64,000 nucleotides of DNA from Caldimonas sp. (GTDB lineage: Bacteria > Pseudomonadota > Gammaproteobacteria > Burkholderiales > Burkholderiaceae_C): NCBI GenBank assembly GCA_035995885.1, contig DASYKC010000161.1, forward strand, positions 2,434 to 66,433, written 5' to 3'. This document shows positions 9,786 through 19,796 of the stretch, piece by piece. A program made the translations under genes and the position numbers. The notes below the pieces were generated by a model. It was not told the DNA's origin. It was given only the letters and a program-made list of their open reading frames with translations, and did no database searches. The stretch's first letter is position 1. Each line of letters starts with the position of its first letter.

Positions 9786-10733
9786 CTAGCGCGCCGGCAG
9801 CAGGCGCGCCGGATCGATCGGCTTGCCCTGGCGCCGGATCTCGAAATGCAGCTGCACGCCGTCGGCGTCGGTCGATCCCATCTCGGCGATCTTCTGGCCG
9901 CGCTTGACGGTCTGGTCGTCCTTGACGAGAAGCGTCTGGTTGTGCGCATACGCGGTGAGGTAGGTCGCGTTGTGCTTGAGGATGACGAGGTTGCCGTAGC
10001 CGCGCAGCCCCGAGCCGGCGTAGACGACTCGGCCGTCGGCCGCCGCATAGACCGGATCGCCCGGCTTGCCGCGAAAGACGAGGCCCTTGTTGCGGGCGTC
10101 GTCGAACGGCGTCGAGACCGGCGTCGTCGCCGGCCAGGCCCAGTTGATGTCGTCGTCGCCTTCGCGGGACGCGGCGGGCGAAGGCGGCGGCGATGCGGTC
10201 GCCTCGCGCGCCGGCGCGGGTGCGCTCGCTGCCGATGCTGCCGAAGTCGATGTCGACGGCGCCGACGACGCCGCTTGCGGCACGATCGCGCTGCCCGGCT
10301 TCGGCTCGAGCGGCCGGGTCTCGACGCGCGCCGTCGTCACCGGCCGCGACGTTGCGGTCGCCGGATCGACGCCGGGCGGAACGATGCGGATCACCTGCCC
10401 GACCTCGATCAGGTTCGGATTGCCGAGGTTGTTCCAGCGCATCAGGTCTTTCCAGTTCTGGCCGTTGTCGAGGCCGATCCGGATCAGCGTGTCGCCGGAC
10501 TTGACTGTGTAGAAGCCGGGCTTGCCGTTGTTGTTGTCGACCACGATAGGCTTCGCCGGCTCGGGCGCCGACGCCGGACTTTGCGCCGGGCTGGCGGCGG
10601 CGACGGTGGCGCGCGGCGTCGCCGAGCGCTCCTCGACCGGGGCGCGGTTCGGCGTCAGCGAACAGCCGGCGACCAGGCCCAGCCCAAGCAGGAGGGCGCC
10701 ACGGCGCAGCGCCGAAGCTTCGATCAGGAGCAT
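9786..10733 (-). CDS. nlpD: Lipoprotein NlpD (LysM + M23 peptidase)
   Basis: Lipobox LVAGC; LysM YTVKSGDTL; M23 GYGNLVILKH...AYAHN...LHFEIR. Confidence 0.92.
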   Translation of the reverse strand: MLLIEASALRRGALLLGLGLVAGCSLTPNRAPVEERSATPRATVAAASPAQSPASAPEPAKPIVVDNNNGKPGFYTVKSGDTLIRIGLDNGQNWKDLMRWNNLGNPNLIEVGQVIRIVPPGVDPATATSRPVTTARVETRPLEPKPGSAIVPQAASSAPSTSTSAASAASAPAPAREATASPPPSPAASREGDDDINWAWPATTPVSTPFDDARNKGLVFRGKPGDPVYAAADGRVVYAGSGLRGYGNLVILKHNATYLTAYAHNQTLLVKDDQTVKRGQKIAEMGSTDADGVQLHFEIRRQGKPIDPARLLPAR

Positions 10734-10755
10734 TGAGTCGGTTCGACTTTCATCA

Positions 10756-11592
10756 TCAGCCAGCGAGGCCCGATTTTAAGGGGACGAACCTGACGGCCTC
10801 GTGGACGCTGCGGGTGTAGCGATCGGCGTGGCGATCGACGACGACGAGCACCTGGCCGCCGCCCGCCTGCTGCACCGGCGAGACGAGCCGGCCGCCGACG
10901 GCGAGCTGGTCGAGCCAGGCTTGCGGCAGCTCGCTGCCGCCCGCCGCTGCAACGATGCTGTCGTAGGGCGCACCGGGCGGATGCCCGCGCATGCCGTCGC
11001 CGAAGACGAGGCGCAGTCGGCTGTCGCGCATCGGCGCGAGCAGCTCGCGTGCCTTGTCGTGCAGCGGCTTCAGCCGCTCGACCGAGACGACGCGCTTGCC
11101 GAGGCGGCAGAGGAGCGCCGCCTGGTAGCCGCAGCCGGTGCCGATCTCGAGGACCGTGCCGAGATCGCCCGCGGCCGCGGCACGCACGCCGCCGAACAGC
11201 AGCTCGAGCATGCGCGCGACCACCGACGGCTTCGAGATCGTCTGGCCGTGGCCGATCGGCAGGCTGGTGTCCTCGTAGGCCTGGGTGGCGAGGCCGGCAT
11301 CGACGAAAAGGTGGCGCGGCACGACCGCGAACGCGGCGAGGACGAGCGGGTGGGCGACGCCTTCGCTGCGCAGTCGCTCGACCATGCGCGCACGCACGTC
11401 GGCGGAGTCGAGGCCGAGGCCGACCGCGGGCGCGCGCCGGCCGGCGTCGGCATGCGCGGCAGCGACGTGGCGCTGCGGCCGGATCAGATCGCGCCCGCCG
11501 CGGCGGTTGGCCGTATTCTCCTTGCCGGGGGTCGCGCCGTCGAGTCGGCCGAGCGCGAGCGGGAACCTGCGAGCCGGCCGCTCGGCCGTCAT
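10756..11592 (-). CDS. pcm: Protein-L-isoaspartate O-methyltransferase
   Basis: [32 protein letters not shown]; ATGA overlap with surE stop. Confidence 0.93.
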   Translation of the reverse strand: MTAERPARRFPLALGRLDGATPGKENTANRRGGRDLIRPQRHVAAAHADAGRRAPAVGLGLDSADVRARMVERLRSEGVAHPLVLAAFAVVPRHLFVDAGLATQAYEDTSLPIGHGQTISKPSVVARMLELLFGGVRAAAAGDLGTVLEIGTGCGYQAALLCRLGKRVVSVERLKPLHDKARELLAPMRDSRLRLVFGDGMRGHPPGAPYDSIVAAAGGSELPQAWLDQLAVGGRLVSPVQQAGGGQVLVVVDRHADRYTRSVHEAVRFVPLKSGLAG

Positions 11593-12344
11593 TGCGCGGC
11601 CGGATCGATCCAGCGTCGCCACGCCGGCAGCGTCGCGTGGTCGGTGAGGTCGACGTGCAGCGGCGTGATCGAGACGTCGCCGCTCGCGGTCGCGTGAAAG
11701 TCGGTGCCGGGCCCGGCTTCGCGCGCGTCGCCCGCCGGGCCGATCCAGTACAGCGTGTCGCCGCGCGGGCTCACCTGGCGGATCACCGGCTCGCTTGCGT
11801 GGCGCCGGCCGAGCCGCGTGATGCGGCGCGGCCGCGTGTCGGCGTCGGCGCGATTCGGGATGTTGACGTTGAGCAGGAAGTGGGGCGCGGCCGGCGGATC
11901 GCGCAGCACGTGCTCGATGACGCTGCGCGCGACGCGTGCCGCCGCATCGAGGTCCTGCCAGCCCTTCTGAACCTGCGAGAAAGCGATCGCCGGGATGCCG
12001 AACAGGAAGCCTTCCATGGCCGCGGCGACGGTGCCCGAATAGAGCGTGTCGTCGCCCATGTTGGCGCCCTGGTTGATGCCGGCGACGACGAGATCGGGGC
12101 GATGCTCGAGCAGACCCGAGAGGGCGAGGTGGACGCAGTCCGACGGCGTGCCGTTGATGTAGCGAAAGCCGTTGACGGCGCTGTAGACCGAGAGGCCGCG
12201 ATTGAGCGTCAGCGAGTTCGACGTGCCGCTCGCGTTCTGCTCGGGCGCGACGACGTCGAGATCGCCGAGCCCCTGGCACGCCTCGACGAGCGCGGCCAGC
12301 CCGGGCGCGAGGTAGCCGTCGTCGTTGGCGATGAGGATGCGCAT
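11589..12344 (-). CDS. surE: 5'/3'-nucleotidase SurE
   Basis: [42 protein letters not shown]. Confidence 0.95.
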   Translation of the reverse strand: MRILIANDDGYLAPGLAALVEACQGLGDLDVVAPEQNASGTSNSLTLNRGLSVYSAVNGFRYINGTPSDCVHLALSGLLEHRPDLVVAGINQGANMGDDTLYSGTVAAAMEGFLFGIPAIAFSQVQKGWQDLDAAARVARSVIEHVLRDPPAAPHFLLNVNIPNRADADTRPRRITRLGRRHASEPVIRQVSPRGDTLYWIGPAGDAREAGPGTDFHATASGDVSITPLHVDLTDHATLPAWRRWIDPAAQ

Positions 12345-12444
12345 GGCCAAGATTGTAGGCAGTCGCCCCCGGGCGAAAGCGCACGGACCGCTGCGTATCA
12401 TCTTTCGCACCGGCGCCCGGCCGGCGCTACGAAAGGTCCGAAAC

Positions 12445-13422
12445 ATGCAAGCGTGGCTCTGCGAGAACCCGACCGGCGTCGAGGCGCTGCAATGGAAGGA
12501 CCTGCCGACGCCCGAGCCGAAGGCGGGCGAGGTGCGTGTCGCGATCCGCGCCGCGAGCCTCAACTTCCCGGATCTGCTGATCGTCCAGAACAAGTACCAG
12601 ATGAAGCCGCCCCTGCCCTTCGTTCCGGGCTCGGAATACGCCGGCACGGTCGAGGCGGTGGGCGTTGGCGTCGAGCACCTCAAGGTCGGCGACGCGATCG
12701 CGGCATTCGGCGGCACCGGCGGCTTCGGCACGCACGCGGTCGTCAACGCCGCGCTCGTGATGCCGCTGCCGGCGGGATTTCCGTTCGACGACGCCGCCGC
12801 CTTCATCCTCACCTACGCAACGACCCACCACGCGCTCGTCGATCGCGCCCAGATGAAGAGCGGCGAGACGCTGCTCGTCCTCGGCGCCGCAGGCGGCGTC
12901 GGCACCGCCGCGATCCAGATCGGCAAGGTCCTCGGCGCGCGCGTCATCGCCGCTGCGTCGAGCGACGAGAAGTGCGAGCTCTGCCGTTCGATCGGCGCCG
13001 ACGCGACGATCAATTACGCCGCCGCCAACATCCGCGACGAGCTCAAGCAGCTCACCGACGGCAAGGGGCCCGACGTCGTCTACGACCCGGTCGGCGGCGA
13101 CCTCGCCGAGCCGGTGTTCCGCTCGATCGCCTGGCGCGGCCGCTACCTCGTCGTCGGCTTCGCCCAGGGCGCGATCCCGGCACTGCCGCTCAACCTCGCC
13201 CTGCTCAAGGGCGCGTCGATCGTCGGCGTCTTCTGGGGCGAGTTCGCGCGGCGCGAGCCGAAGGCGAACGCGCAGGCGCTGGCCGAGCTCGCGCGCTGGT
13301 ATGCCGAGGGCAAGGTCAAGCCGGTGATCGACCGGCGCCTGCCGATGCGCGAGCTTCGCGCGGCGTACGCGCTGATGGGCAGCCGCACCGTGCGCGGCAA
13401 GGTCGTGATGACCAACGGCTGA
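12445..13422 (+). CDS. NADPH:quinone oxidoreductase (zeta-crystallin/MDR family)
   Basis: [33 protein letters not shown]. Confidence 0.9.
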   Translation: MQAWLCENPTGVEALQWKDLPTPEPKAGEVRVAIRAASLNFPDLLIVQNKYQMKPPLPFVPGSEYAGTVEAVGVGVEHLKVGDAIAAFGGTGGFGTHAVVNAALVMPLPAGFPFDDAAAFILTYATTHHALVDRAQMKSGETLLVLGAAGGVGTAAIQIGKVLGARVIAAASSDEKCELCRSIGADATINYAAANIRDELKQLTDGKGPDVVYDPVGGDLAEPVFRSIAWRGRYLVVGFAQGAIPALPLNLALLKGASIVGVFWGEFARREPKANAQALAELARWYAEGKVKPVIDRRLPMRELRAAYALMGSRTVRGKVVMTNG

Positions 13423-13533
13423 CACCGGACGCGAGGCGCGCACTTTCGCACGCGCCTTTGCGCCCGGCGGCCGAACGGCGGCGACGCCGTCGCGCGCGCT
13501 TCGTACCCTCTCGCGTCGTTCAATTCGCCTTCG

Positions 13534-13803
13534 ATGTCGACCGAACCCCTGCGCCTCGACGAGGTCGGCGCCCTCTTCCCCTACGTCAACACGACGAGCG
13601 CCTGGGTGCATCGCTGCGCCAAGCGGATGCTCGAGCTCGATCCCGAGCTCGATCCGCTCGCGGCGATGCACACGGTCGACGACATGGCGACGAGCTCGCG
13701 CTGGCGGCTGATGCTGCCGGAGGCCGTCGCCGAGGCGCTCTACGCGGACGATCCACGCACCGGGCCGCTCTCGTTTGCCCATCGCGATACCGGGCCGCGC
13801 TGA
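13534..13803 (+). CDS. Hypothetical protein (89 aa)
   Basis: ATG-started ORF with host codon bias and balanced composition. Confidence 0.55.
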   Translation: MSTEPLRLDEVGALFPYVNTTSAWVHRCAKRMLELDPELDPLAAMHTVDDMATSSRWRLMLPEAVAEALYADDPRTGPLSFAHRDTGPR

Positions 13804-13885
13804 CACGACGCATCGGCGTGCAGGCGCCGACCCCAGCCGGCTTACAAACGGCTACAGGAATGCGGAAAGCAGCCGATAGAGACGC

Positions 13886-14167
13886 GTGACCCTTCGACGC
13901 GCATTGCCCCTGCTGCTGATGAGCCTGGCCGTCGCCGCCGCACTGCCGGCGCGCGGCGCCGACGACGTCGCGCCTCGCCCGCGCGTCGGCGCCGACCCGG
14001 CCAAGGCGAAAGCGTGGGAGGCCGAGCGACAGCGCCTCATCGCCAAGCTGCGCATCGAGGCGCCGAAGGTCGACGACGATCCGCTGCCACCGAGCTCGAT
14101 CACCGCGCCGCTCTTCCACCGCTACGACCGGCCCTTCTGGCCGCGCGAGAGAGCGTCGTCTCTCTAG
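13886..14167 (+). CDS. Hypothetical exported protein (93 aa)
   Basis: Signal-peptide-like N-terminus MTLRRALPLLLMSLAVAAALPARG. Confidence 0.55.
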   Translation: MTLRRALPLLLMSLAVAAALPARGADDVAPRPRVGADPAKAKAWEAERQRLIAKLRIEAPKVDDDPLPPSSITAPLFHRYDRPFWPRERASSL

Positions 14168-14259
14168 GACCACGCTTCGGCGTGCAGGATTGACGCGTTC
14201 CCTCGCCTTCATCCCATCGAGGGATGCACGAAGAGCGCGCGCTGGTCTATGGTCGCGCC

Positions 14260-14403
14260 ATGCAATTCCCCGATTCCACCTTCGCCGCCTTGCGCATCGG
14301 TGCGGACAGCAGCGACGAGTCGCAGGGCTGGGGACGTCTCTTGCTGCTGGCGGTCCTCCTGACGATCGCCGCGGTCAGCGCAGGATTGCTCGCGGGAGGC
14401 TGA
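14260..14403 (+). CDS. Putative 47-aa single-pass membrane microprotein
   Basis: Manual translation MQFPDSTFAALRIGADSSDESQGWGRLLLLAVLLTIAAVSAGLLAGG*; shorter than any ORF in the track. Confidence 0.45.
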   Translation: MQFPDSTFAALRIGADSSDESQGWGRLLLLAVLLTIAAVSAGLLAGG

Positions 14404-14459
14404 GCACCGCGGCGCGCCTCAACGAGGCGCTGGAACAGAAGCAGAAGCAGAGGTGAGCG

Positions 14460-14536
14460 TGGGGTGGCTGATGGGGCTCGAACCCACGACAACAGGAATC
14501 ACAATCCTGGACTCTACCAACTGAGCTACAGCCACC
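14460..14536 (-). tRNA. tRNA-His (GUG)
   Basis: Reverse complement G-GTGGCTGTAGCTCAGTTGGTAGAGTCCAGGATTGTGATTCCTG...GGTTCGAGCCCC...CACCCCA; anticodon GTG, encoded G-1 and CCA. Confidence 0.95.
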
Positions 14537-14548
14537 ACCGAAGCGCGA

Positions 14549-14554
14549 ATTATA
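14549..14554 (-). promoter_or_regulatory. -10 element of tRNA-His
   Basis: TATAAT on minus strand followed by a GC-rich discriminator (TCGCGC), 12 nt before the tRNA. Confidence 0.65.
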
Positions 14555-14624
14555 GCGAGCGGGCCCTTCTGCCCCTCGCTGCGCGGCCGCTTCGTCGGCG
14601 CGGGCCGCCCTCGATCGGCGCGAC

Positions 14625-16550
14625 CTAGCGCGGCTCGCTGGCGGCGTCGCGCGGCGCCGTCGCTGCTGCCTCGTTGACGCTCACCTTGAAGCGCGACTTC
14701 AGCGCCGCGTAATACGCCTGCGCCTCGGCCTCGGCCCAGACCTGTGCGTACTGGGCCATGGCCTTGGCCGGATCGGCGACGACCGGATCGCGGCCGACCG
14801 TCTTGGCGATCTTGACGACCGCGAAGCCCTGGTCGCCGAGCGGAACGCCGACGAACGCCGGCAGCTTCGGCAGCGGCGCCTTCAGGATCGCGTCGAGCAG
14901 CGGCCGCGGCAGATCGCGCGGCTGCGCCCGCGAGACGACGATGGTCTCGCCAGTGAATGCCTCGGTCGGCGCAGCGCGCGCCTTGTCGAGGCGCTCGCTG
15001 CCCAGCTTCGTCGCCAGCGCCGCGGCCTGCGTCGCGGCGAGCTGCTGACGCACGCGGTCCTTGACTTCGGCAAACGGCAGCTGGTGCGCCGGCGCGTACT
15101 GGACGACGCGGCCGGCGGCGAGCTGGTTCGAGCCGACGTCGATCGCCTTCGTGTTGCGCTTGTCGCGCGTCACGTCGCTCGCGAACAGCGCCTCGAGGAA
15201 GCGCGGGTTGGCGAGCGCGCCGCTCGCGCCCGGCGCCGGCATCCGCGTCACGTTCTTGGCGGTGCGGATCTCAAGCTTCCACTTGTCGGCGGCCGGCTTG
15301 AGGCTGTCGGCCTGCTCGTAGACCGTGTCGCCGAACTCGACGGCGGCGTCGGCGAACTTCTTCTGCGCGAGCTGATTCTTGACCTCGGTCTCGATCGCGG
15401 CGCGCACCGAGTCGAAGCTCTTCTTGTCGCCGCCGCGCGCGCCGGTCACCTGGATGATGTGATAGCCGAACTCGCTCTCGACGATGCCGCTGGTCTCGCC
15501 CGGCTTCATGCCGAACGCTGCGTCCTCGAACGGCTTGACCATCGCGCCGCGGCCGAAGAAGTCGAGGTCGCCGCCCTTGGCGGCCGAGCCCTCGTCGTCG
15601 GAATTCCTGCGCGCGATCTCGGCGAACGACTGCGGGTTCTTGCGCACCTCGGCGAGCAGACCTTCGGCCTTGGCGCGGGCCTTGTCGCGCTCGGCCTTGG
15701 GCGCGTCCTTGTCGGCCTTGACCAGGATGTGGCTGGCGCGGCGCTCCTCGGGCGCGGTGTAGCGCTTCTCGTTCTCGGCGTAGTACTTGCGCAGGTCGTC
15801 CTCGGAGACGGCGATGTTCTTCTTCACCGAATCGAGGTCGAGCGTCACGTACTCGATCGTCGCCTGCTCGGGCGCCTGGAACTGGGCCGCGTGCAGCGGA
15901 TCCTTGTAGTACGCCTCGACCTCGGCGTCGCTCGGCTTCACCTTGGCGAGCTGGTCCTTGGCGTCGAAGCGCTCGACCTGCACTTCGCGCTGCTGGTACA
16001 TCGCCTCGAGCGCGGCCGACGCGGCCGCGGCCGGCGCGATCGCCGAGGTGCCGAGCGGCTGCATCACCTGGCGCCGCGACAGGTCCTGGCGCAGCCGCTC
16101 GGCGAACTGCTCGGACGACATGCCGAGCGCGGTCAGCGTGTCGCGGTTGATGCTGCCGTCGGGGTTGCGCAGCGACGCGTACTCCGGGTCGCCCTTGAAG
16201 GCGCGCTCGAGGCGGTCGTCGGTCATGGCGAGGTGGAGCTTGTCGGCGGCGACCAGCGTCACGCGGTCGCGGATCAAGCCGTCGAGCGCGAGGCTTCTCA
16301 TCTCGGGCGACTCGAACATCTTCGGATCGAGGCTCGGCATCTGGCGCCGCGCCCGGTCGACGCGCTCGCGCAGGGCCGCATCGAACTCGGCCTGCGTCAC
16401 CGGCTGGCCGGCGACCTTGGCGACGGTCTGCTGGTCGTTGCCGGCGAAGCGGCTGTAGCCCTGGATGCCGAAGAAGACGAACGACGGAAAGACGAGCAGC
16501 ACGAGCAGGAACTGCAGCGTGCGCGTGTGGCGGCGGAAGAAATCGAACAT
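14625..16550 (-). CDS. ppiD: Periplasmic folding chaperone PpiD (SurA-N + parvulin)
   Basis: N-terminal TM FVFFGIQGY; RRASHIL, SDDEGSAAKGGDLDFF, MVKPFEDAAF, FGYHII; downstream of hupB. Confidence 0.92.
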   Translation of the reverse strand: MFDFFRRHTRTLQFLLVLLVFPSFVFFGIQGYSRFAGNDQQTVAKVAGQPVTQAEFDAALRERVDRARRQMPSLDPKMFESPEMRSLALDGLIRDRVTLVAADKLHLAMTDDRLERAFKGDPEYASLRNPDGSINRDTLTALGMSSEQFAERLRQDLSRRQVMQPLGTSAIAPAAAASAALEAMYQQREVQVERFDAKDQLAKVKPSDAEVEAYYKDPLHAAQFQAPEQATIEYVTLDLDSVKKNIAVSEDDLRKYYAENEKRYTAPEERRASHILVKADKDAPKAERDKARAKAEGLLAEVRKNPQSFAEIARRNSDDEGSAAKGGDLDFFGRGAMVKPFEDAAFGMKPGETSGIVESEFGYHIIQVTGARGGDKKSFDSVRAAIETEVKNQLAQKKFADAAVEFGDTVYEQADSLKPAADKWKLEIRTAKNVTRMPAPGASGALANPRFLEALFASDVTRDKRNTKAIDVGSNQLAAGRVVQYAPAHQLPFAEVKDRVRQQLAATQAAALATKLGSERLDKARAAPTEAFTGETIVVSRAQPRDLPRPLLDAILKAPLPKLPAFVGVPLGDQGFAVVKIAKTVGRDPVVADPAKAMAQYAQVWAEAEAQAYYAALKSRFKVSVNEAAATAPRDAASEPR

Positions 16551-16567
16551 CGGGGTTTCAGATGCAG

Positions 16568-16593
16568 GAAAGGCGAACCGCGGTTCGCCTTTC
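16568..16593. terminator. Perfect 26-bp palindrome, probable intrinsic terminator after tRNA-Val
   Basis: GAAAGGCGAACCG/CGGTTCGCCTTTC. Confidence 0.6.
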
Positions 16594-16654
16594 GTCGAAG
16601 AGGCCGGAATTCTAGCCGAGCGGGTGCTTCCAACCGCGGCGCGCGGGCATGGGA

Positions 16655-16730
16655 TGGTGGGTGCTGAGGGGCTCGAACCCCCGACCTACGCCTTGTAAGG
16701 GCGCCGCTCTACCAGCTGAGCTAAGCACCC
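16655..16730 (-). tRNA. tRNA-Val (UAC)
   Basis: Reverse complement GGGTGCTTAGCTCAGCTGGTAGAGCGGCGCCCTTACAAGGCGT...GGTTCGAGCCCCTCAGCACCCACCA. Confidence 0.96.
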
Positions 16731-16750
16731 GCGCCGCGCCGGCGCGCGAA

Positions 16751-17023
16751 TCAGTTGAGCGCGTCCTTGAGCGCCTTGCCGGCGCGAAACTTGGGCACCT
16801 TCGCGGCCTTGATCTTGATCGCCGCGCCGGTGCGCGGATTGCGGCCGCTGCGCGCGGCGCGCTTGCCGACGCTGAAGGTTCCGAAGCCGACCAGCGACAC
16901 CGCGTTGTTCTTCTTCAGGCTGGTCTTGACGCCACCGATCATGGCCTCGAGAGCGCGCGACGCAGCGGCCTTCGAAATGTCTGCCTGCCTGGCGATGTGC
17001 TCGATCAGTTCGGATTTGTTCAC
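16751..17023 (-). CDS. hupB: DNA-binding protein HU
   Basis: VNKSELI...[23 protein letters not shown]...[14 protein letters not shown]; GTG start. Confidence 0.95.
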   Translation of the reverse strand: MNKSELIEHIARQADISKAAASRALEAMIGGVKTSLKKNNAVSLVGFGTFSVGKRAARSGRNPRTGAAIKIKAAKVPKFRAGKALKDALN

Positions 17024-17107
17024 AAAAGTTTCCCCCTCAGGAAGCTGTCTCGGAAGTATTCGGTGGTGCGTCGCGCGACGGCATCGGGTGCTCGTCGGGG
17101 CGAAACG

Positions 17108-17136
17108 ATTACAGCGTTGCGAATCTGCAGTGTCAA
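17108..17136 (-). promoter_or_regulatory. Sigma70 promoter of hupB
   Basis: TTGACA (17136-17131), 17-nt spacer, TGTAAT (17113-17108). Confidence 0.7.
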
Positions 17137-17213
17137 GCAGGGTTGGAGATTCTATTTGTGAGCGGACCGAGTAATTCCGCCACCGCTCGTGCAATAGATG
17201 CTTGACAGCGCGC

Positions 17214-18311
17214 CTAGCGCGATGCAGCGCTCGCCGCGGCGAGCGCGCCGGCGACGGCGCGGCCGAGGTCGGATGTCGTCGCCGTGCCGCCGAGGTCGCG
17301 CGTCTTCGGGCCGCCGCCGCGCGGGTCGAGCACCGCTTCGATGGCGGCGATGATCGCGTCGTGCGCGTCGCGGTGGCCGAGGAAATCGAGCATCAGCGCG
17401 CCCGACCAGATCTGGCCGATCGGGTTGGCAATCCCCTGGCCGGCGATGTCGGGCGCCGAGCCGTGCACCGGCTCGAACAGCGACGGATGCTCACGCGTGG
17501 GGTTGATGTTGGCCGAGGGCGCGATGCCGATCGTTCCGGTGCACGCCGGACCGAGGTCGCTCAGGATGTCGCCGAAGAGGTTGCTGGCGACGACGGTGTC
17601 GAAGATCTGCGGCCGCTGCACGAAGTGGGCGGCGAGGATGTCGATGTGATAGCGGTCGACGCGGACGTCGGGGAAGCGCTCGGCCATCGCCTCGACGCGC
17701 TCGTCCCAGTACGGCATGGTGATGGCGATGCCGTTCGACTTGGTCGCCGACGTGAGGTGCTTCTTCGGCCGCGACTGCGCCAGCTCGAAGGCGTACTTCA
17801 GGACGCGGTCGATGCCGACCTTCGACATCACCGTCTCCTGGACAACGACCTCGCGATCGGTGCCCTCGAACATCCGCCCGCCGATGCTCGAGTACTCGCC
17901 CTCGGTGTTCTCGCGCACGATCATCATGTCGATGTCGCCCGGCACCAGCCCGGCGAGAGGCGAGCGGACGCCCGGCATCAGGCGCGCCGGCCGGAGGTTG
18001 ACGTAAAGATCGAAATCGCGCCTGAACTTGAGCAGCGACCCCCACAGCGAGACGTGGTCGGGGATCTTCGCCGGCCAGCCGACGGCGCCGAAGAAGATCG
18101 CGTCGTGGCCGCCGATGCGCTCCTTCCAGTCGTCGGGCAGCATGCTGCCGTGGCGCTCGTAGTAGCTCCACGAGGCGAAGTCGAAGTGGTCGACCTCGAG
18201 GGCGATGCCGAACCGGCTCGCCGCCGCTTCCAGCACGCGCAGCCCTTCGGGCAGGGTCTCGTTGCCGATGCCATCGCCGGCAATGGCGGCGATGCGGTGG
18301 GTCTTCTTCAT
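17214..18311 (-). CDS. ttuC: Tartrate dehydrogenase/decarboxylase (D-malate dehydrogenase family)
   Basis: [58 protein letters not shown]. Confidence 0.85.
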   Translation of the reverse strand: MKKTHRIAAIAGDGIGNETLPEGLRVLEAAASRFGIALEVDHFDFASWSYYERHGSMLPDDWKERIGGHDAIFFGAVGWPAKIPDHVSLWGSLLKFRRDFDLYVNLRPARLMPGVRSPLAGLVPGDIDMMIVRENTEGEYSSIGGRMFEGTDREVVVQETVMSKVGIDRVLKYAFELAQSRPKKHLTSATKSNGIAITMPYWDERVEAMAERFPDVRVDRYHIDILAAHFVQRPQIFDTVVASNLFGDILSDLGPACTGTIGIAPSANINPTREHPSLFEPVHGSAPDIAGQGIANPIGQIWSGALMLDFLGHRDAHDAIIAAIEAVLDPRGGGPKTRDLGGTATTSDLGRAVAGALAAASAASR

Positions 18312-19213
18312 GTCGGTGTCTCCTTCGCTTCGTTGGCCGGACGGACGACCAGCGCCACGCCGACGACGGTCAATGCCACGCCCGCCATCATCGCCGGCGT
18401 CAGCGACTCGCCGAAGAGGGCCCACGCCATCAGTGCGGTGCACGGCGGCACCAGGTACAGCAGGCTGGTCACGGCGGTCGCTTCGCCGCGCTGGATGAGA
18501 AGGTACAGCAACGAGCTGCCGCCGAGGGTGAGGACGCCGACCGACCAGGCCATCGCCAGGACGAGGTTGAGATGCCAGTCCATCGGCTCGGTCTCGAGCA
18601 GGGCGAGCGGCAGGCAGACGATGAAGGCGGCGATCATCTGCACCGCGCTCGCCGTGCGGACGTCGCAGGGCGCGAGGAAGCGCTTCTGGTAGAGCGTGCC
18701 GGTCGTGATGCCGAGGAGCGCGACGGTCGCCATCGCCAGGTTCGCCGGCGTCACCTCGCCGCCGAGCTTCCTCCAGACGACCAGGCCGATGCCGGCGAAG
18801 CCGAGGACGAGGCCGAGCCACTGGCGCGCGGCGACCGCCGAAGCGACGCGCGACTTGGCGCTGCGCGTCAGCCAGAGCGCGGTCAGCACCGGCTGCAGGC
18901 CGACCAGCAGGGCGGCCGTGCCGGCGCCCAGCCCCGCCTTCACCGCCGCCCACACGCCGCCGAGGTAGGCCGCCTGCATCAGCACGCCGGTGACGGCGAG
19001 GTGGACCCATTGCCAGCGCCCCTTCGGCCAGGCAGCGCCGGCGATGACGATCCAGACGACGAGGCAGAGCGCCGAAAGCGCGAAGCGCATCGTCAGGAAG
19101 CCGAACGGCGGCGCATGCGGCATCGCCAGCCTTGCGACGACGAAGCCGGTCGACCAGATCAGGACGAAGAGCCACGGCATCGCCCGCACGAAGCCGGCAC
19201 GTTCAACGGACAC
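18308..19213 (-). CDS. EamA/DMT-family transporter (start may be ATG 19180)
   Basis: About 10 hydrophobic segments; LIWSTGFV...QPVLT EamA pattern. Confidence 0.88.
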   Translation of the reverse strand: MSVERAGFVRAMPWLFVLIWSTGFVVARLAMPHAPPFGFLTMRFALSALCLVVWIVIAGAAWPKGRWQWVHLAVTGVLMQAAYLGGVWAAVKAGLGAGTAALLVGLQPVLTALWLTRSAKSRVASAVAARQWLGLVLGFAGIGLVVWRKLGGEVTPANLAMATVALLGITTGTLYQKRFLAPCDVRTASAVQMIAAFIVCLPLALLETEPMDWHLNLVLAMAWSVGVLTLGGSSLLYLLIQRGEATAVTSLLYLVPPCTALMAWALFGESLTPAMMAGVALTVVGVALVVRPANEAKETPT

Positions 19214-19769
19214 GGGCGCGAATTTCCGGCAGAGCCTTTTGCAGGTAGTAGACCATCGACCAGATCGTCAGCACGGCCGAGACGATGATGAGGACGGTGC
19301 CCCAGCGCTGGGTGTCGATCAGCCCGAACAGCGTGCCGTGATAGAGCAGGAACGGGATCGCGATCATCTGCACGACGGTCTTCACCTTGCCGAGCATGTG
19401 CACGGCGACGCTGCGCGACGCGCCGATCTGCGCCATCCACTCGCGCAGCGCCGAGATCGCGATCTCGCGGCCGATGATGACCAGGGCGATCAAGGCGTGC
19501 AGCCGGCCGAGGTGGACGAGCACCAGCAAGGCCGCGGTGACGAGGAACTTGTCGGCGACGGGGTCGAGGAAGGCGCCGAACGACGACGTCATGTCGAGCT
19601 TTCGCGCGAGGAAGCCGTCGGCCCAGTCGGTGAGCGCGAACAGGATGAAGAGCGCGGTGCCGACGAGGTTCTGCGTCTCGGCCGGCAGGCCGGTGTAGTA
19701 GACGCCGACGACGAGCGGAATCGCGACGATGCGCGCCCAGGTCAAGAGCGTCGGCAGATTGAAGAACAT
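19203..19769 (-). CDS. pgsA: CDP-diacylglycerol--glycerol-3-phosphate phosphatidyltransferase
   Basis: NLPTLLTWAR, TDWADGFLAR...FGAFLDPVADK; follows uvrC. Confidence 0.95.
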   Translation of the reverse strand: MFFNLPTLLTWARIVAIPLVVGVYYTGLPAETQNLVGTALFILFALTDWADGFLARKLDMTSSFGAFLDPVADKFLVTAALLVLVHLGRLHALIALVIIGREIAISALREWMAQIGASRSVAVHMLGKVKTVVQMIAIPFLLYHGTLFGLIDTQRWGTVLIIVSAVLTIWSMVYYLQKALPEIRARVR

Positions 19770-19796
19770 CGCGGGATTGTGCCGGGCGACGGCCGA

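Noticed and set aside
14190-14456. 88-aa ORF from the track
   Set aside because: TTG start and Arg-rich shadow composition; the overlapping 47-aa frame at 14260-14403 is more protein-like.
14460-16730. Integrative element at tRNA-His or tRNA-Val
   Set aside because: No integrase, and I saw no duplicated tRNA 3' end in the window.
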